This document shows, one piece after another, positions 1 through 8,699 of a DNA stretch of 64,000 nt. The stretch is from NCBI GenBank assembly GCA_009782875.1, contig WRIE01000003.1:9236-73235 (forward strand), given 5' to 3'. This stretch comes from Eubacteriaceae bacterium (GTDB taxonomy: Bacteria > Bacillota > Clostridia > Eubacteriales > Anaerofustaceae). A program made the position numbers and the translations under genes. The first letter of the stretch is position 1. Every line of letters starts with the position of its first letter. Under the pieces are notes generated by a model that searched no databases, had not been told where the DNA came from, and saw only the letters and a program-made list of their open reading frames with translations.

Positions 1-494
1 AAGCATGGGAAGTGCTTGAGGGCGCAGTTGTTGAAGCTATCGGGAAACTTGAGGCATCAAGGGCGCAAGAAGGCATGGGCATAAAGGCTGTGCTAAAGCA
101 CAATATGAGCAGGATCCGCAACATGCTGCTAAAGCTGGAGCAGATCACAGCAAACCTTCCGGCTGACCATATGGCCAAACTGAAAGAACGCCTGGAAGAA
201 GCTATAGCAGGCATTACGGAGGATACAAGGCTAGTAAGCGAAATGCTGATATACGCCGACAAAATCAGTGTCGCAGAAGAGCTTGCCCGGCTCAAGCTGC
301 ACCTGGACTATTTTGAGATGGAGCTGGAAAGCACAGAGCCAATCGGCAGAAAACTGGATTTTTTAATCCAAGAGATAAACAGGGAAGCCAACACAGTAGC
401 ATCAAAATCCAACAGCTTCGATGCCAGCGTTTACGTGGCAGAGATAAAAAGCGAGCTTGAAAAAGCTAGGGAACAATCACAAAACGTCGAGTGA
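1..494 (+). CDS. yicC: YicC/YloC-family protein, C-terminal part (5' end lies outside the window)
   Basis: Frame is open to the window edge. C-terminal signature RKLDFLIQEINREANTVASKSN. Sits directly upstream of gmk, as is usual in Firmicutes. Confidence 0.8.
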   Translation, partial: AWEVLEGAVVEAIGKLEASRAQEGMGIKAVLKHNMSRIRNMLLKLEQITANLPADHMAKLKERLEEAIAGITEDTRLVSEMLIYADKISVAEELARLKLHLDYFEMELESTEPIGRKLDFLIQEINREANTVASKSNSFDASVYVAEIKSELEKAREQSQNVE

Positions 495-501
495 GGGAAA
501 T

Positions 502-1062
502 ATGGCAAGAGGAAATTTTTTTGTAGTATCCGGTCCTGCAGGCGTCGGCAAATCATCAATTATCAACAAGATCTTGGCGATGGACGGCAACTGCCGGTTT
601 TCAATCTCGGCAACAACCAGGGATCCTCGCCCAGGGGAGACGGACGGGGTCAACTACCATTTTTTGACTAACGAGCAATTTGAGGAGAAGATAGCCGCCG
701 GGGAATTCTATGAGTATGCCCGCTTGTTCAACCAAAGTTATGGAACTTTAAAAAGCGAAGTTGAAAAATTCTTGGAAACCGGCATCGATGTCATCTTGGA
801 CGTGGATACACAAGGGGCGTTGAATATCAAAGCCCAAAACAGCGAGGCGATCCTAGTGTTTATTATGCCGCCTTCATTTGAGGAGCTAGTGCGCCGCATC
901 GAAGGGCGCCATACAGAAACCAGGGAGCAGATTGAAATGAGGCTGAAGGAGGCTTCAGCCGAGATGGAAAAATCGAAGCATTATGACATGATAGTCGTCA
1001 ACGACAACTTGGAGGATGCTATCAAAGAGGTTTACGGGATAATAACATCCAAAAGGGAGTAG
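502..1062 (+). CDS. gmk: Guanylate kinase
   Basis: P-loop GPAGVGKSS and ATTRDPRPGE..G..YHF motifs. The ATG at 502 starts MARGNFFVVSGP, so the 5' extension in the ORF track is unlikely. Confidence 0.95.
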   Translation: MARGNFFVVSGPAGVGKSSIINKILAMDGNCRFSISATTRDPRPGETDGVNYHFLTNEQFEEKIAAGEFYEYARLFNQSYGTLKSEVEKFLETGIDVILDVDTQGALNIKAQNSEAILVFIMPPSFEELVRRIEGRHTETREQIEMRLKEASAEMEKSKHYDMIVVNDNLEDAIKEVYGIITSKRE

Positions 1063-1635
1063 TTGTTGCACGGGTATTGGGGCGTGAGAAAAAAGTGGGC
1101 TGCAAAGCCAGAAAAGCGCGCTGCCTAAAACTCGTTTTGTACGCTTGAAGAGCTCCAGATTGCCTCTGCCATCTTCCTGCAGCCGCCAGCAGGGCGGAGG
1201 CTCTTTTGGTGGTTCTGTCCTTTGTGATTTTGGCTAGGGCGATAGTCCTGCTGTTTCTCAGGCACGGGCTCAAAAAAGAAAGGGCAACCCTGGGGAAAGC
1301 CTGCAGGTTGGCTGGAGAGAATCATCACTAGAAGCGACAAAAGCAGCTTCAGTACGGCTCTTATCATTGATCGAATTCTGCGAATATTCGTTTGATGCAG
1401 TGTTGGAGCAGCGCAAGCGCCTGCCCAATGCAATGATGTATGGCTATCATCAGTTTTCCAGTATACCTCGATTGTGACATCTGCAATCATTGCAATCTGG
1501 CAACTCTCGCCAGAAGGCCTCTCTTTCCAAGCGACTGTTGAGTCGAAGCTAGGATGTTTTTGCCAGAGTGCCATCATTTTTCGATGGCTCAATAGCATTG
1601 CCGCTATTATCACCGTTTACATTTGAGCTTGGCTT

Positions 1636-2910
1636 TCACTTCTGTGTAAATGAAAAAAACTTCCTCCACCAACTGTTTGAATCCACTTCTATTTCGATAG
1701 TATCGTTCTTTCCATTCGAAGAAGTTGCTGAAATTATTATCTTCCCAGATTTATGAGCGAGTAAAGTATTCCCCTCTATCGTAGCTATACTGCCATCACT
1801 TACTTCCCATTTAATTGTTTGATCGAATGTATTTTGGGGGATGATTTCAACATCCAACAATAATGAATTTCCTGCATTTAATTTGTCGAGAGGGGGAATA
1901 ATCCTAATACTGTCTGCTTCAATCTGCTTGACTGCCAATTCGAATGAAGTTTGAATATCCTTTTGCATCGCTGATATTGTTGTTTTTCCTGTATCTAATG
2001 CTACCAGATTTCCTTCATTATCAATTGTGGCTGTTTTTATATTGCTTGATTTCCAAACAATATCTTTGTATGTGGCATTGGCCGGCGTTATAGTTGCACT
2101 CAATTTTGTTGTATCGCCAATGCTTATTACGTCAATTTTATTGTCAATAACTATACCCGTTGCAATTACTTCAAAGATTTCAACACTAACCGCAGACACT
2201 TTATCATTTGACGATATGGCGCTAATTGTGACTGTTCCGGCTCCCATGCCCCGTATTTGACCACTAGAATCTATAGTTGCAATCGCTTCATCGCTTGATA
2301 TCCAAGTAATATCTTTGTTAGTAGTGTTTTCTGGCGCTATTGTTGCTGTTAACCTTGCAGTGTCATTTATGTTCATAGTGTTAATTTCACTATCAATCGC
2401 TATACTTTTTGCGACTACTTCAATAATCTTGACGTTAAAAGCAGACACTTTATCATTTGATGTTATAGCGCTAATTGTAACGGTGCCGGCTCTTACACCT
2501 ATTATTTGGCCATTTGAATCCACTGTCGCAATAGTCTCATCGCTTGACTTCCAAGTAAAGCTTTTATCATTTGCATTGGATGGATATACGTAGCCTTTTA
2601 CAATATGGCTATCTCCAATACTAATTTCCTTAAGGATATTTTCAAAATTTACTTTGCTAGGATATACAATAGCTGGCATTTGTTTAGTTTGGTTCGAGTT
2701 GCCACTAGGAGAGTAAGGGCAGGCACCATTAGAATGCAAATGAGGTGGATGACCGCCACAATGATAATGATAGCTTCCTAATCCACTTTTATTGTTGTTG
2801 TCTTTATGTCCACCGCTACTGTCTGTTCGTCCTGGATGAGCTATGACATCCAGCGGCAAGATTAATATCATTGTTAAGATAATCAAAGCCGATATGATTC
2901 TTTTTTTCAT
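1636..2910 (-). CDS. Secreted YHYH-domain protein with four Big_2 (bacterial Ig-like) repeats
   Basis: Signal peptide MKKRIISALIILTMILILPL from the ATG at 2910. GSYHYHCGGHPPHLH motif. Four ~80-aa repeats of type ..W.SSD..IATVD..G.I....G...ISA. Confidence 0.85.
   Translation of the reverse strand: MKKRIISALIILTMILILPLDVIAHPGRTDSSGGHKDNNNKSGLGSYHYHCGGHPPHLHSNGACPYSPSGNSNQTKQMPAIVYPSKVNFENILKEISIGDSHIVKGYVYPSNANDKSFTWKSSDETIATVDSNGQIIGVRAGTVTISAITSNDKVSAFNVKIIEVVAKSIAIDSEINTMNINDTARLTATIAPENTTNKDITWISSDEAIATIDSSGQIRGMGAGTVTISAISSNDKVSAVSVEIFEVIATGIVIDNKIDVISIGDTTKLSATITPANATYKDIVWKSSNIKTATIDNEGNLVALDTGKTTISAMQKDIQTSFELAVKQIEADSIRIIPPLDKLNAGNSLLLDVEIIPQNTFDQTIKWEVSDGSIATIEGNTLLAHKSGKIIISATSSNGKNDTIEIEVDSNSWWRKFFSFTQK
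1681..2652 (-). repeat. Tandem Big_2 domain-coding repeats inside the surface protein gene
   Basis: Repeats 1 and 2 are near-identical at protein level (SFTWKSSDETIATVDSNGQIIGVRAGTVTISAITSNDKVSAFNV vs DITWISSDEAIATIDSSGQIRGMGAGTVTISAISSNDKVSAVSV). Confidence 0.8.
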
Positions 2911-3094
2911 CCTAACCATCCTGTTTTTTTTAACAATCGCATTTTTCACCAGTATTTCGCATGTATTTAGTTTAGCAAATCTTTTCCAAAATGCAATCAC
3001 ATCTAGCCGCTCCTAGTGGTCAACAAATCAGTCGATTGGAACCGCTTGAGATTTCAGAAAAAGTCCTGGAATCCACACAAAGACGATTAAGCCA

Positions 3095-3550
3095 TCAGTA
3101 TATCCATACACTCGCAAGCCACTTGCCTTGACAAGGGCAAGGATTTGAGGGAAATCCACGCAGAGGCAAAAAGGCCATGGCCAAGTTCGCCATCATCGTG
3201 CTTAGGACTTCCCTCATGGGCAAGGATCCCCAACACATACACAGGATAAATAAAACCCGTTGGGAAATCGGGCAGCTTTTCAAGCTGTTGTGCGACACCT
3301 TCGGCAAGGATGCCAGCGATATTGGGGACGACGCGGGGTTTTGAGGCATAGTCTTTCTTTGGCCAAGCCCGGCAATGGCGGCTTGCAAGATCATGGCTAT
3401 GCTACGCTCGCTTGTATTATCAAAATCATACTCGCTTATGGGGCTGCCTATACATGCGAAAGCCCGCATCTCCACCGGCATGTGCCTTGTCTGGCCCGCT
3501 ATGTAATACCCGTGCCCAGCCATCCGGGCTAATGCTGATAGATTTGCCAC
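3095..3550 (-). pseudogene. Frameshifted ORF of unknown family
   Basis: Coding-like sequence switches frame near 3330. The second frame reads RVVPNIAGILAEGVAQQLEKLPDFPTGFIYPVYVLGILAHEGSPKHDDGELGHGLF. No family recognised. Confidence 0.3.
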
Positions 3551-3777
3551 TGCCGTTTCTATATGTCACATTCACTTCATACGTTGGAGCTGTGCCGCTT
3601 TAGTGCAGGCTAGCCTTCAATGATGGAATTGACAGTTATGCTTACGCCATAAATAGCTACTGATTCGCCAACAGCCAAATCAACAACCCTGTTTCCAGGA
3701 GTATCAGGCAATGCAGTTTGACCGTTTTTATAAGTGTTGTGGCTGTCAATCGTTTCATTTATGACCTGGAATTTTTT

Positions 3778-4881
3778 TTAGATAAGATCATAAATTTGCA
3801 TACCAGACAATCGCATGAACTTGCCAAGCAGCTTTCTTGCCTGTTCGAGCCGCTCTGATGCCGCTTTTGCGGATTCTGTGTCAGCGGGGTTTCTAATGTA
3901 ACGGTTTTCCAAGGGTACTCGCTTGTCTTCAAGCACCAGCTTGTCTGCGAGGTAGACGAGGCTTTTCTCGTTGATTATGTCTCCGTGTTCAACCGGTAAA
4001 TCCATGTGTGTGGCGATGGCAGCGGCAACAGCGGGATAGCCTATGCCATTAATAAGATCTGCCCCCCTAGTTGCATGGTCTTTTTCTAATCGCTCGATAT
4101 CATGTAGCAACGAGGCGGCTTCTATGAGAGCAGTGTCCAAATAATACCCGCTCATTAGCAGTCCAAAAGCCATTTCGAGGGCCAGGGAAGCTACCGCTGA
4201 GCAATGCCGAATAATATTAGCGGGCAGTTTGCGTTTTATATGGATAGCAAAACACTCCCTGCGTGTGGGAGAGGCTTGTGGTCGGGGCAATGATATTGAG
4301 CTTTCCGGCAACTCGCCATTAGACATAACTTTCACGGTTCCGCTATCGTCACTGAGCACACTGATAGCGCCGTAAGGCTGCGGGATGCCAAGAGGCTCTT
4401 TGCTCCCCGAAAAAAGGCAGAGCAATGAGCGATTAACACTTGCGGGGGCGACCAGTAAAATATCTTTGTCAGTCTCTGCAAGAATTTTAGTGAGAGCATG
4501 TGAAGCCCGTTCGGCGCACGCATTGTGGGATTCACCTTCTTGCGGAGCGGCATAACATGTGTCAATGCCACGAAAGCTGTCTATCTTTCCAAAGTCCAGT
4601 TCAATCCCAGAAAACGATTTGCCCTCCCAAAAGCCGGATGGTATCTCGGCAAATTCAGGTCTAACAGTGATTTTGCTTCCAGCCACAAGGAGAGCTGTGT
4701 TAAAAGAGCAGCTCAAAGGGCTGGAATAGACGGCGAGGTCTTTACTTGCGAAAAAATCGCGCAATTCCAACGCCTGGCGCATGCCCTTTCCTGACAAAGG
4801 CAAGTCTTCTTTGCCCAAGCAGCAGGAATTGGCTTCAGGAAAAGCTGGTTCGCCATGTCTTGCCAGATAAATCTCTCTCAT
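3778..4881 (-). CDS. Histidine-phosphatase (PGAM/CobC-like) domain fused to a YqeK-like HD hydrolase domain
   Basis: N-terminal YLARHGEP (RHG motif). C-terminal LLHDIERLEKDH...IATHMD HD signature. ATG at 4881 is preceded by AGGTGA. Confidence 0.85.
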   Translation of the reverse strand: MREIYLARHGEPAFPEANSCCLGKEDLPLSGKGMRQALELRDFFASKDLAVYSSPLSCSFNTALLVAGSKITVRPEFAEIPSGFWEGKSFSGIELDFGKIDSFRGIDTCYAAPQEGESHNACAERASHALTKILAETDKDILLVAPASVNRSLLCLFSGSKEPLGIPQPYGAISVLSDDSGTVKVMSNGELPESSISLPRPQASPTRRECFAIHIKRKLPANIIRHCSAVASLALEMAFGLLMSGYYLDTALIEAASLLHDIERLEKDHATRGADLINGIGYPAVAAAIATHMDLPVEHGDIINEKSLVYLADKLVLEDKRVPLENRYIRNPADTESAKAASERLEQARKLLGKFMRLSGMQIYDLI

Positions 4882-4986
4882 CACATTCACCTAACTTCAT
4901 TCTCAAGATTATAGAACTGTCTCTGGCATGTATACATTTTTAAAATGCCCTAGACGATCTTCATGGCATATAACATATAAAAATAC

Positions 4987-5026
4987 TTGACTACAAATAA
5001 AAGAACGTTATCTTATGTCATAAGAT
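4987..5026 (+). promoter_or_regulatory. Candidate sigma-A promoter (TTGACT-16 nt-TATCTT) overlapped by a perfect 8-1-8 palindrome ATCTTATGtCATAAGAT (5010-5026)
   Basis: Read directly from the sequence upstream of the molybdenum gene block. The palindrome overlaps the -10, as expected for a repressor operator. Confidence 0.35.
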
Positions 5027-5174
5027 TCGAATAACATTAATTTGCGATTCGCATTGGTTTAGATAACACTATAATATATAATAACCTAAAACAGGCTACT
5101 TGGTTGCCAACAATTTTGAAAAAAAAAAAGTTCATATAACACGGCCAGGGAGGGGAAAAGGAGGTGCAAACGTT

Positions 5175-5954
5175 ATGGAATTGCGTATTTTCAGCGCGGG
5201 CGTGGCAGCCATAGCTGCTATCGACACAGTATCAAAATGGAATGCCGCACATCCGGATTTTCCAGCTTTGTTAAATATCGGCGGTTCTGTGGATTTAATC
5301 CGGCGTGTGGCAGGCGGTGAAATATGCGACCTTCTCATATTGGCGGATAACACGATTATTGAGAGCATGTTGATGCCTGTCCACGCAGATGGATACTGTG
5401 TGTTTGCAGGAAACAGGATGGTCTTGCGCGCCAGCGAAGGGCATGCGGCACAAGATCAATATGCGGACTGGAAGGAAAAACTTCTGTTGCCAAGTGCCGT
5501 CTTTTCACATAGCAACCCTTTCGCTGATCCGGGCGGCTATAGAGCGCTCATGACAATGATGCTCGCCGACCAATATGAGGAAGGGTTGTCTGCCAGATTG
5601 TTTAACCATCCTGGATACATAGGAATGCGGCGCGGTTTTGATACGCAGAATAAGCCGCCTGACTATGTTTTTTATTACTATACAGGCGCATTGGCAGAGG
5701 GAGTTCCTTTTGCATTGCTGCCCGCAATCATGGACCTCTCAGATGAGAAATTAGTGGATATCTATGCGAAAGTATCATTTGCCATTGACGAAAACACCAC
5801 GGTTGCTGGGACACCGATTTGCCATGCAATGACAATTCCCTTAAATGCGCATTATCCTAGGCAGGCGGGAGAGTTTGCAGATTTATTTTTGCAATATGGA
5901 TTTGCAGAGAAAGGATTTTTATATCGAAACAAAAAAGTAGGTTCATGGCACTAG
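5175..5954 (+). CDS. ModA/WtpA-like periplasmic-binding-fold protein without a signal peptide
   Basis: Starts MELRIFSAGVAA after a GGAAAAGGAGGTG RBS. Shows the LRIFSAG...GGSVDL...DLLILAD pattern of molybdate/tungstate binding proteins. No hydrophobic leader or lipobox. Confidence 0.7.
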   Translation: MELRIFSAGVAAIAAIDTVSKWNAAHPDFPALLNIGGSVDLIRRVAGGEICDLLILADNTIIESMLMPVHADGYCVFAGNRMVLRASEGHAAQDQYADWKEKLLLPSAVFSHSNPFADPGGYRALMTMMLADQYEEGLSARLFNHPGYIGMRRGFDTQNKPPDYVFYYYTGALAEGVPFALLPAIMDLSDEKLVDIYAKVSFAIDENTTVAGTPICHAMTIPLNAHYPRQAGEFADLFLQYGFAEKGFLYRNKKVGSWH

Positions 5955-6023
5955 TATTACATAGCAATGGCTCTATCCAGGCATCGTGATAATAAAAGTG
6001 GAAAAATGAAAAGGAGTTGTATT

Positions 6024-6863
6024 ATGAAAAAGCTGTTTCCTGTGTTCCTCGCGTTGCTGCTCGCACTGAATTTGTTTTTGTCTGCCTGTGGAAGCTCTCA
6101 GCCTGCTTCGTCAACAGAGCCGGAACAGATCGAGCTGGTTATTCTGGCAGCCGCATCCATGACTGAGACCCTAAGTGAAATATCGGGTATATACGCCAAT
6201 GTCGCGCCTGGCATAACGCTGATATTAAGTTTCGACTCATCAGGCGTCCTTAAAACACAGATAGAGGAAGGCGCCGAATGCGATATCTTCATATCTGCCG
6301 CTCCAAGACAGATGGACCAGTTGGATATTGAAGCGTCTTCGGACGTTAATACTGGCGGCCTTGACTTTGTTTTGCAAGGCACCCGCTTCAATCTTTTGGA
6401 AAATAAAGTCGCGCTAGTGGTCCCAAGCGGCAATCCGAAAGAAATCAGCAGTTTCGCCAAATTGGCCGAGATGCTTCCTGAAGGGAATATCTTGATGGCT
6501 ATGGGGAACAGCGACGTTCCCGTCGGCCAGTATACACAACGAATCCTGCAATATTTCTCCCTAAATGAAGACAACCTTGCAGCTTCCGGCGTTATCAGCT
6601 ATGGCTCCAACGTCAAGGAAGTCACCACACAAGTTGTCGAGGCTAGCGTTGATTGTGGTGTAGTATACAGCACCGACGCTTTCAGCGCAGGGCTGGAGGC
6701 AGTGGATTATGCCACGCTAGAAATGTGTGGGCAAGTGATTTATCCCGCTGCCGTTTTGAACGCCAGCCAACATCAAGACGCAGCAAAGGCGTTCCTTGAG
6801 TATCTGCGCAGCGCAGAAGCTATGGCGGTGTTTGAGCGCGTCGGGTTTGCGCCGGCAAAATAA
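6024..6863 (+). CDS. modA: Molybdate ABC transporter substrate-binding lipoprotein
   Basis: MKKLFPVFLALLLALNLFLSAC lipobox after an AAGGAG RBS. ModA-like LVILAAASM...FDSSG...DIFISA motifs. Followed by modB and modC. Confidence 0.9.
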   Translation: MKKLFPVFLALLLALNLFLSACGSSQPASSTEPEQIELVILAAASMTETLSEISGIYANVAPGITLILSFDSSGVLKTQIEEGAECDIFISAAPRQMDQLDIEASSDVNTGGLDFVLQGTRFNLLENKVALVVPSGNPKEISSFAKLAEMLPEGNILMAMGNSDVPVGQYTQRILQYFSLNEDNLAASGVISYGSNVKEVTTQVVEASVDCGVVYSTDAFSAGLEAVDYATLEMCGQVIYPAAVLNASQHQDAAKAFLEYLRSAEAMAVFERVGFAPAK

Positions 6864-6880
6864 GCGAATACTAACCAAAT

Positions 6881-6919
6881 GGCAGCAGGGCAGCTAATAG
6901 ATGCTCCCTCTGCCTTTTC
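6881..6919 (+). terminator. Intra-operon hairpin plus T-run between modA and modB (attenuator or partial terminator)
   Basis: GGCAGCAGGGCAGC / GCTCCCTCTGCC stem with two bulges, followed by TTTTC. Confidence 0.4.
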
Positions 6920-6947
6920 GGGATGTGTCGTATTTTGAGGGATTGAT

Positions 6948-7616
6948 ATGGATTTATACCCGCTTTGGAATTCGCTGCGGATCGCGGCGATCAGTTGCTT
7001 TTTCGTGTTTTTCCTTGGCATATTTGCCGCATATTACATCATGAGGATTCCCCGCGTGCTAAAGGGTGTACTGGATGTGATACTGACGCTCCCAATGGTT
7101 CTCCCGCCGACAGTCTGCGGGTATTTTTTGCTGCTTCTTTTTGGCAATAGGCGCCCGCTCGGCATCTTTCTGGCGCAATTTAGCTTGAAATTTGTAATGA
7201 CCTGGTATGGCGGCGTATTGGCCGCGGCAGTGGTGGCGTTCCCCCTGATGTACCGGACTGCCCGCGGCGCGTTTGAGAGCTTTGACGAAACACTGGCCTA
7301 TTCTGGCCAGACACTGGGATTGGGCAATGCGTTTATTTTTTGGCGTATCCGTATGCCCGCATGCCGCCAAGGAATCATGGCCGGGACAGTGCTCGCCTTC
7401 GCCCGAGCCCTTGGGGAATATGGCGCCACCAGCATGCTGGTAGGATACACACCAGGGAGGACTGCCACAATATCTACCACAGTCTATAATCTGTGGCGCA
7501 CAAATAATGAAGCAGACGCATTCTGGTGGGTAATGGTCAATATGGCAATTAGCACATTGGTATTGGTTGTTGTGAACATGATGGAACAGCGTAATAAAAA
7601 GGCGGGTCTGGCATGA
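6948..7616 (+). CDS. modB: Molybdate ABC transporter permease
   Basis: Multi-TM protein with the ABC permease EAA-type loop (ARALGEYGAT). Its stop overlaps the modC start. Confidence 0.9.
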   Translation: MDLYPLWNSLRIAAISCFFVFFLGIFAAYYIMRIPRVLKGVLDVILTLPMVLPPTVCGYFLLLLFGNRRPLGIFLAQFSLKFVMTWYGGVLAAAVVAFPLMYRTARGAFESFDETLAYSGQTLGLGNAFIFWRIRMPACRQGIMAGTVLAFARALGEYGATSMLVGYTPGRTATISTTVYNLWRTNNEADAFWWVMVNMAISTLVLVVVNMMEQRNKKAGLA

Positions 7617-8656
7617 GCTTGTCTGTCGATATACATAAAAACCTTGGCAGTTTTTCCCTTGACATGGTATTTGAGAGCGGGGGCGGCATACTAGGTTTGT
7701 TGGGAGCTTCAGGCAGCGGCAAAAGCATGACGCTCATGAGTATCGCCGGGATTGCCAAGCCAGACAGGGGCAGGATTGTCCTAGATGGGGTTACACTGTT
7801 TGATTCAGAACATAGAATAAACCTCCCGCCCCAACGGAGGAAGGTGGGGTACTTATTCCAGAATTACGCCCTTTTCCCAAATATGACAGTCCGCCAGAAT
7901 ATCCTCAGCGGGTTGCGCAGGGAGAGGGATAAAATGAAACGCGAGCAGGCCTTTAATGATATAATCGCTATGGCGCAGCTGAATGGGCTGGAGCGGCACA
8001 AGCCGTCACAGCTCTCAGGAGGCCAGCAGCAGCGGGTGGCTCTGGCGCGCATACTGGTGGGCAAACCTGCCTTGCTGATGCTTGACGAGCCTTTCAGCGC
8101 GCTTGACAGCCTTCTTAGCCGCCATCTCCAGTCCCAGATGCAATTGCTGTTGAAAGAGTTTGGGAAGAGTGTAATAATAGTGACGCACGAGCACAGTGAG
8201 GCCTATCGCCTGTGTGATGAGCTTGCCCTTGCCGATGATGGAAAAGTGATCGCCATAAAAGGCGCCAAGGCGCTTTTCTCCGATCCAGAAAGCCGCCAAG
8301 CAGCATTGTTTACCGGATGCGAAAATGTCATCGACGCTGCTAGGGCAGGCGCATTTAAGATAGACGTTCCGCAATGGGGCGTGCGCCTTTTTGCCGCCAT
8401 GCCTGCCAGGGAAGAATTATGCGCTGTTGGCGTCCGGGCACATTGTTTTCACCCGGATATCGCGCACAACCGTTTCCCGGTGTGTTTCACAGGGGATATT
8501 GAGGAGCCGTTTGAGCATATCCTCCAGTTCCGCTATAAAAACCAGCCGCCTGGTTCACCGGATCTTTGGTGGCGTGTGCCGAAATCAAACAGGAGCATTA
8601 AACTGCCTGCCGAGCTGGGTGTTGACCCAGCCAGTGTTATGCCTTTGTACCGTTAA
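7613..8656 (+). CDS. modC: Molybdate ABC transporter ATP-binding protein
   Basis: Walker A GASGSGKS, signature LSGGQQQRV, Walker B LLMLDEP, plus a C-terminal extension. Confidence 0.9.
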   Translation: MSLSVDIHKNLGSFSLDMVFESGGGILGLLGASGSGKSMTLMSIAGIAKPDRGRIVLDGVTLFDSEHRINLPPQRRKVGYLFQNYALFPNMTVRQNILSGLRRERDKMKREQAFNDIIAMAQLNGLERHKPSQLSGGQQQRVALARILVGKPALLMLDEPFSALDSLLSRHLQSQMQLLLKEFGKSVIIVTHEHSEAYRLCDELALADDGKVIAIKGAKALFSDPESRQAALFTGCENVIDAARAGAFKIDVPQWGVRLFAAMPAREELCAVGVRAHCFHPDIAHNRFPVCFTGDIEEPFEHILQFRYKNQPPGSPDLWWRVPKSNRSIKLPAELGVDPASVMPLYR

Positions 8657-8699
8657 TGACAAGCAGGCGACAACCACATATAAAGCATAATAGGGAAGG

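Noticed and set aside
1125-1613. 162-aa minus-strand ORF (and other small ORFs) in the 1063-1635 gap after gmk
   Set aside because: It has odd composition (Trp/Cys/His/Gln-rich), no RBS and no motif. Other frames show equally plausible fragments, so the region is more likely decayed or non-coding. I looked for rpoZ here and did not find it.
2027-2593. Plus-strand ORFs (77 and 92 aa) inside the Big_2 surface-protein gene
   Set aside because: They are antisense shadows of the repeat-coding region. Their hydrophobic low-complexity translations mirror the Big_2 repeats, and they have no RBS.
5027-5174. Moco (molybdenum cofactor) riboswitch upstream of the mod genes
   Set aside because: The leader is AT-rich and lacks the conserved GC-rich Moco motif elements that I can recall. 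It needs cmsearch before any claim.
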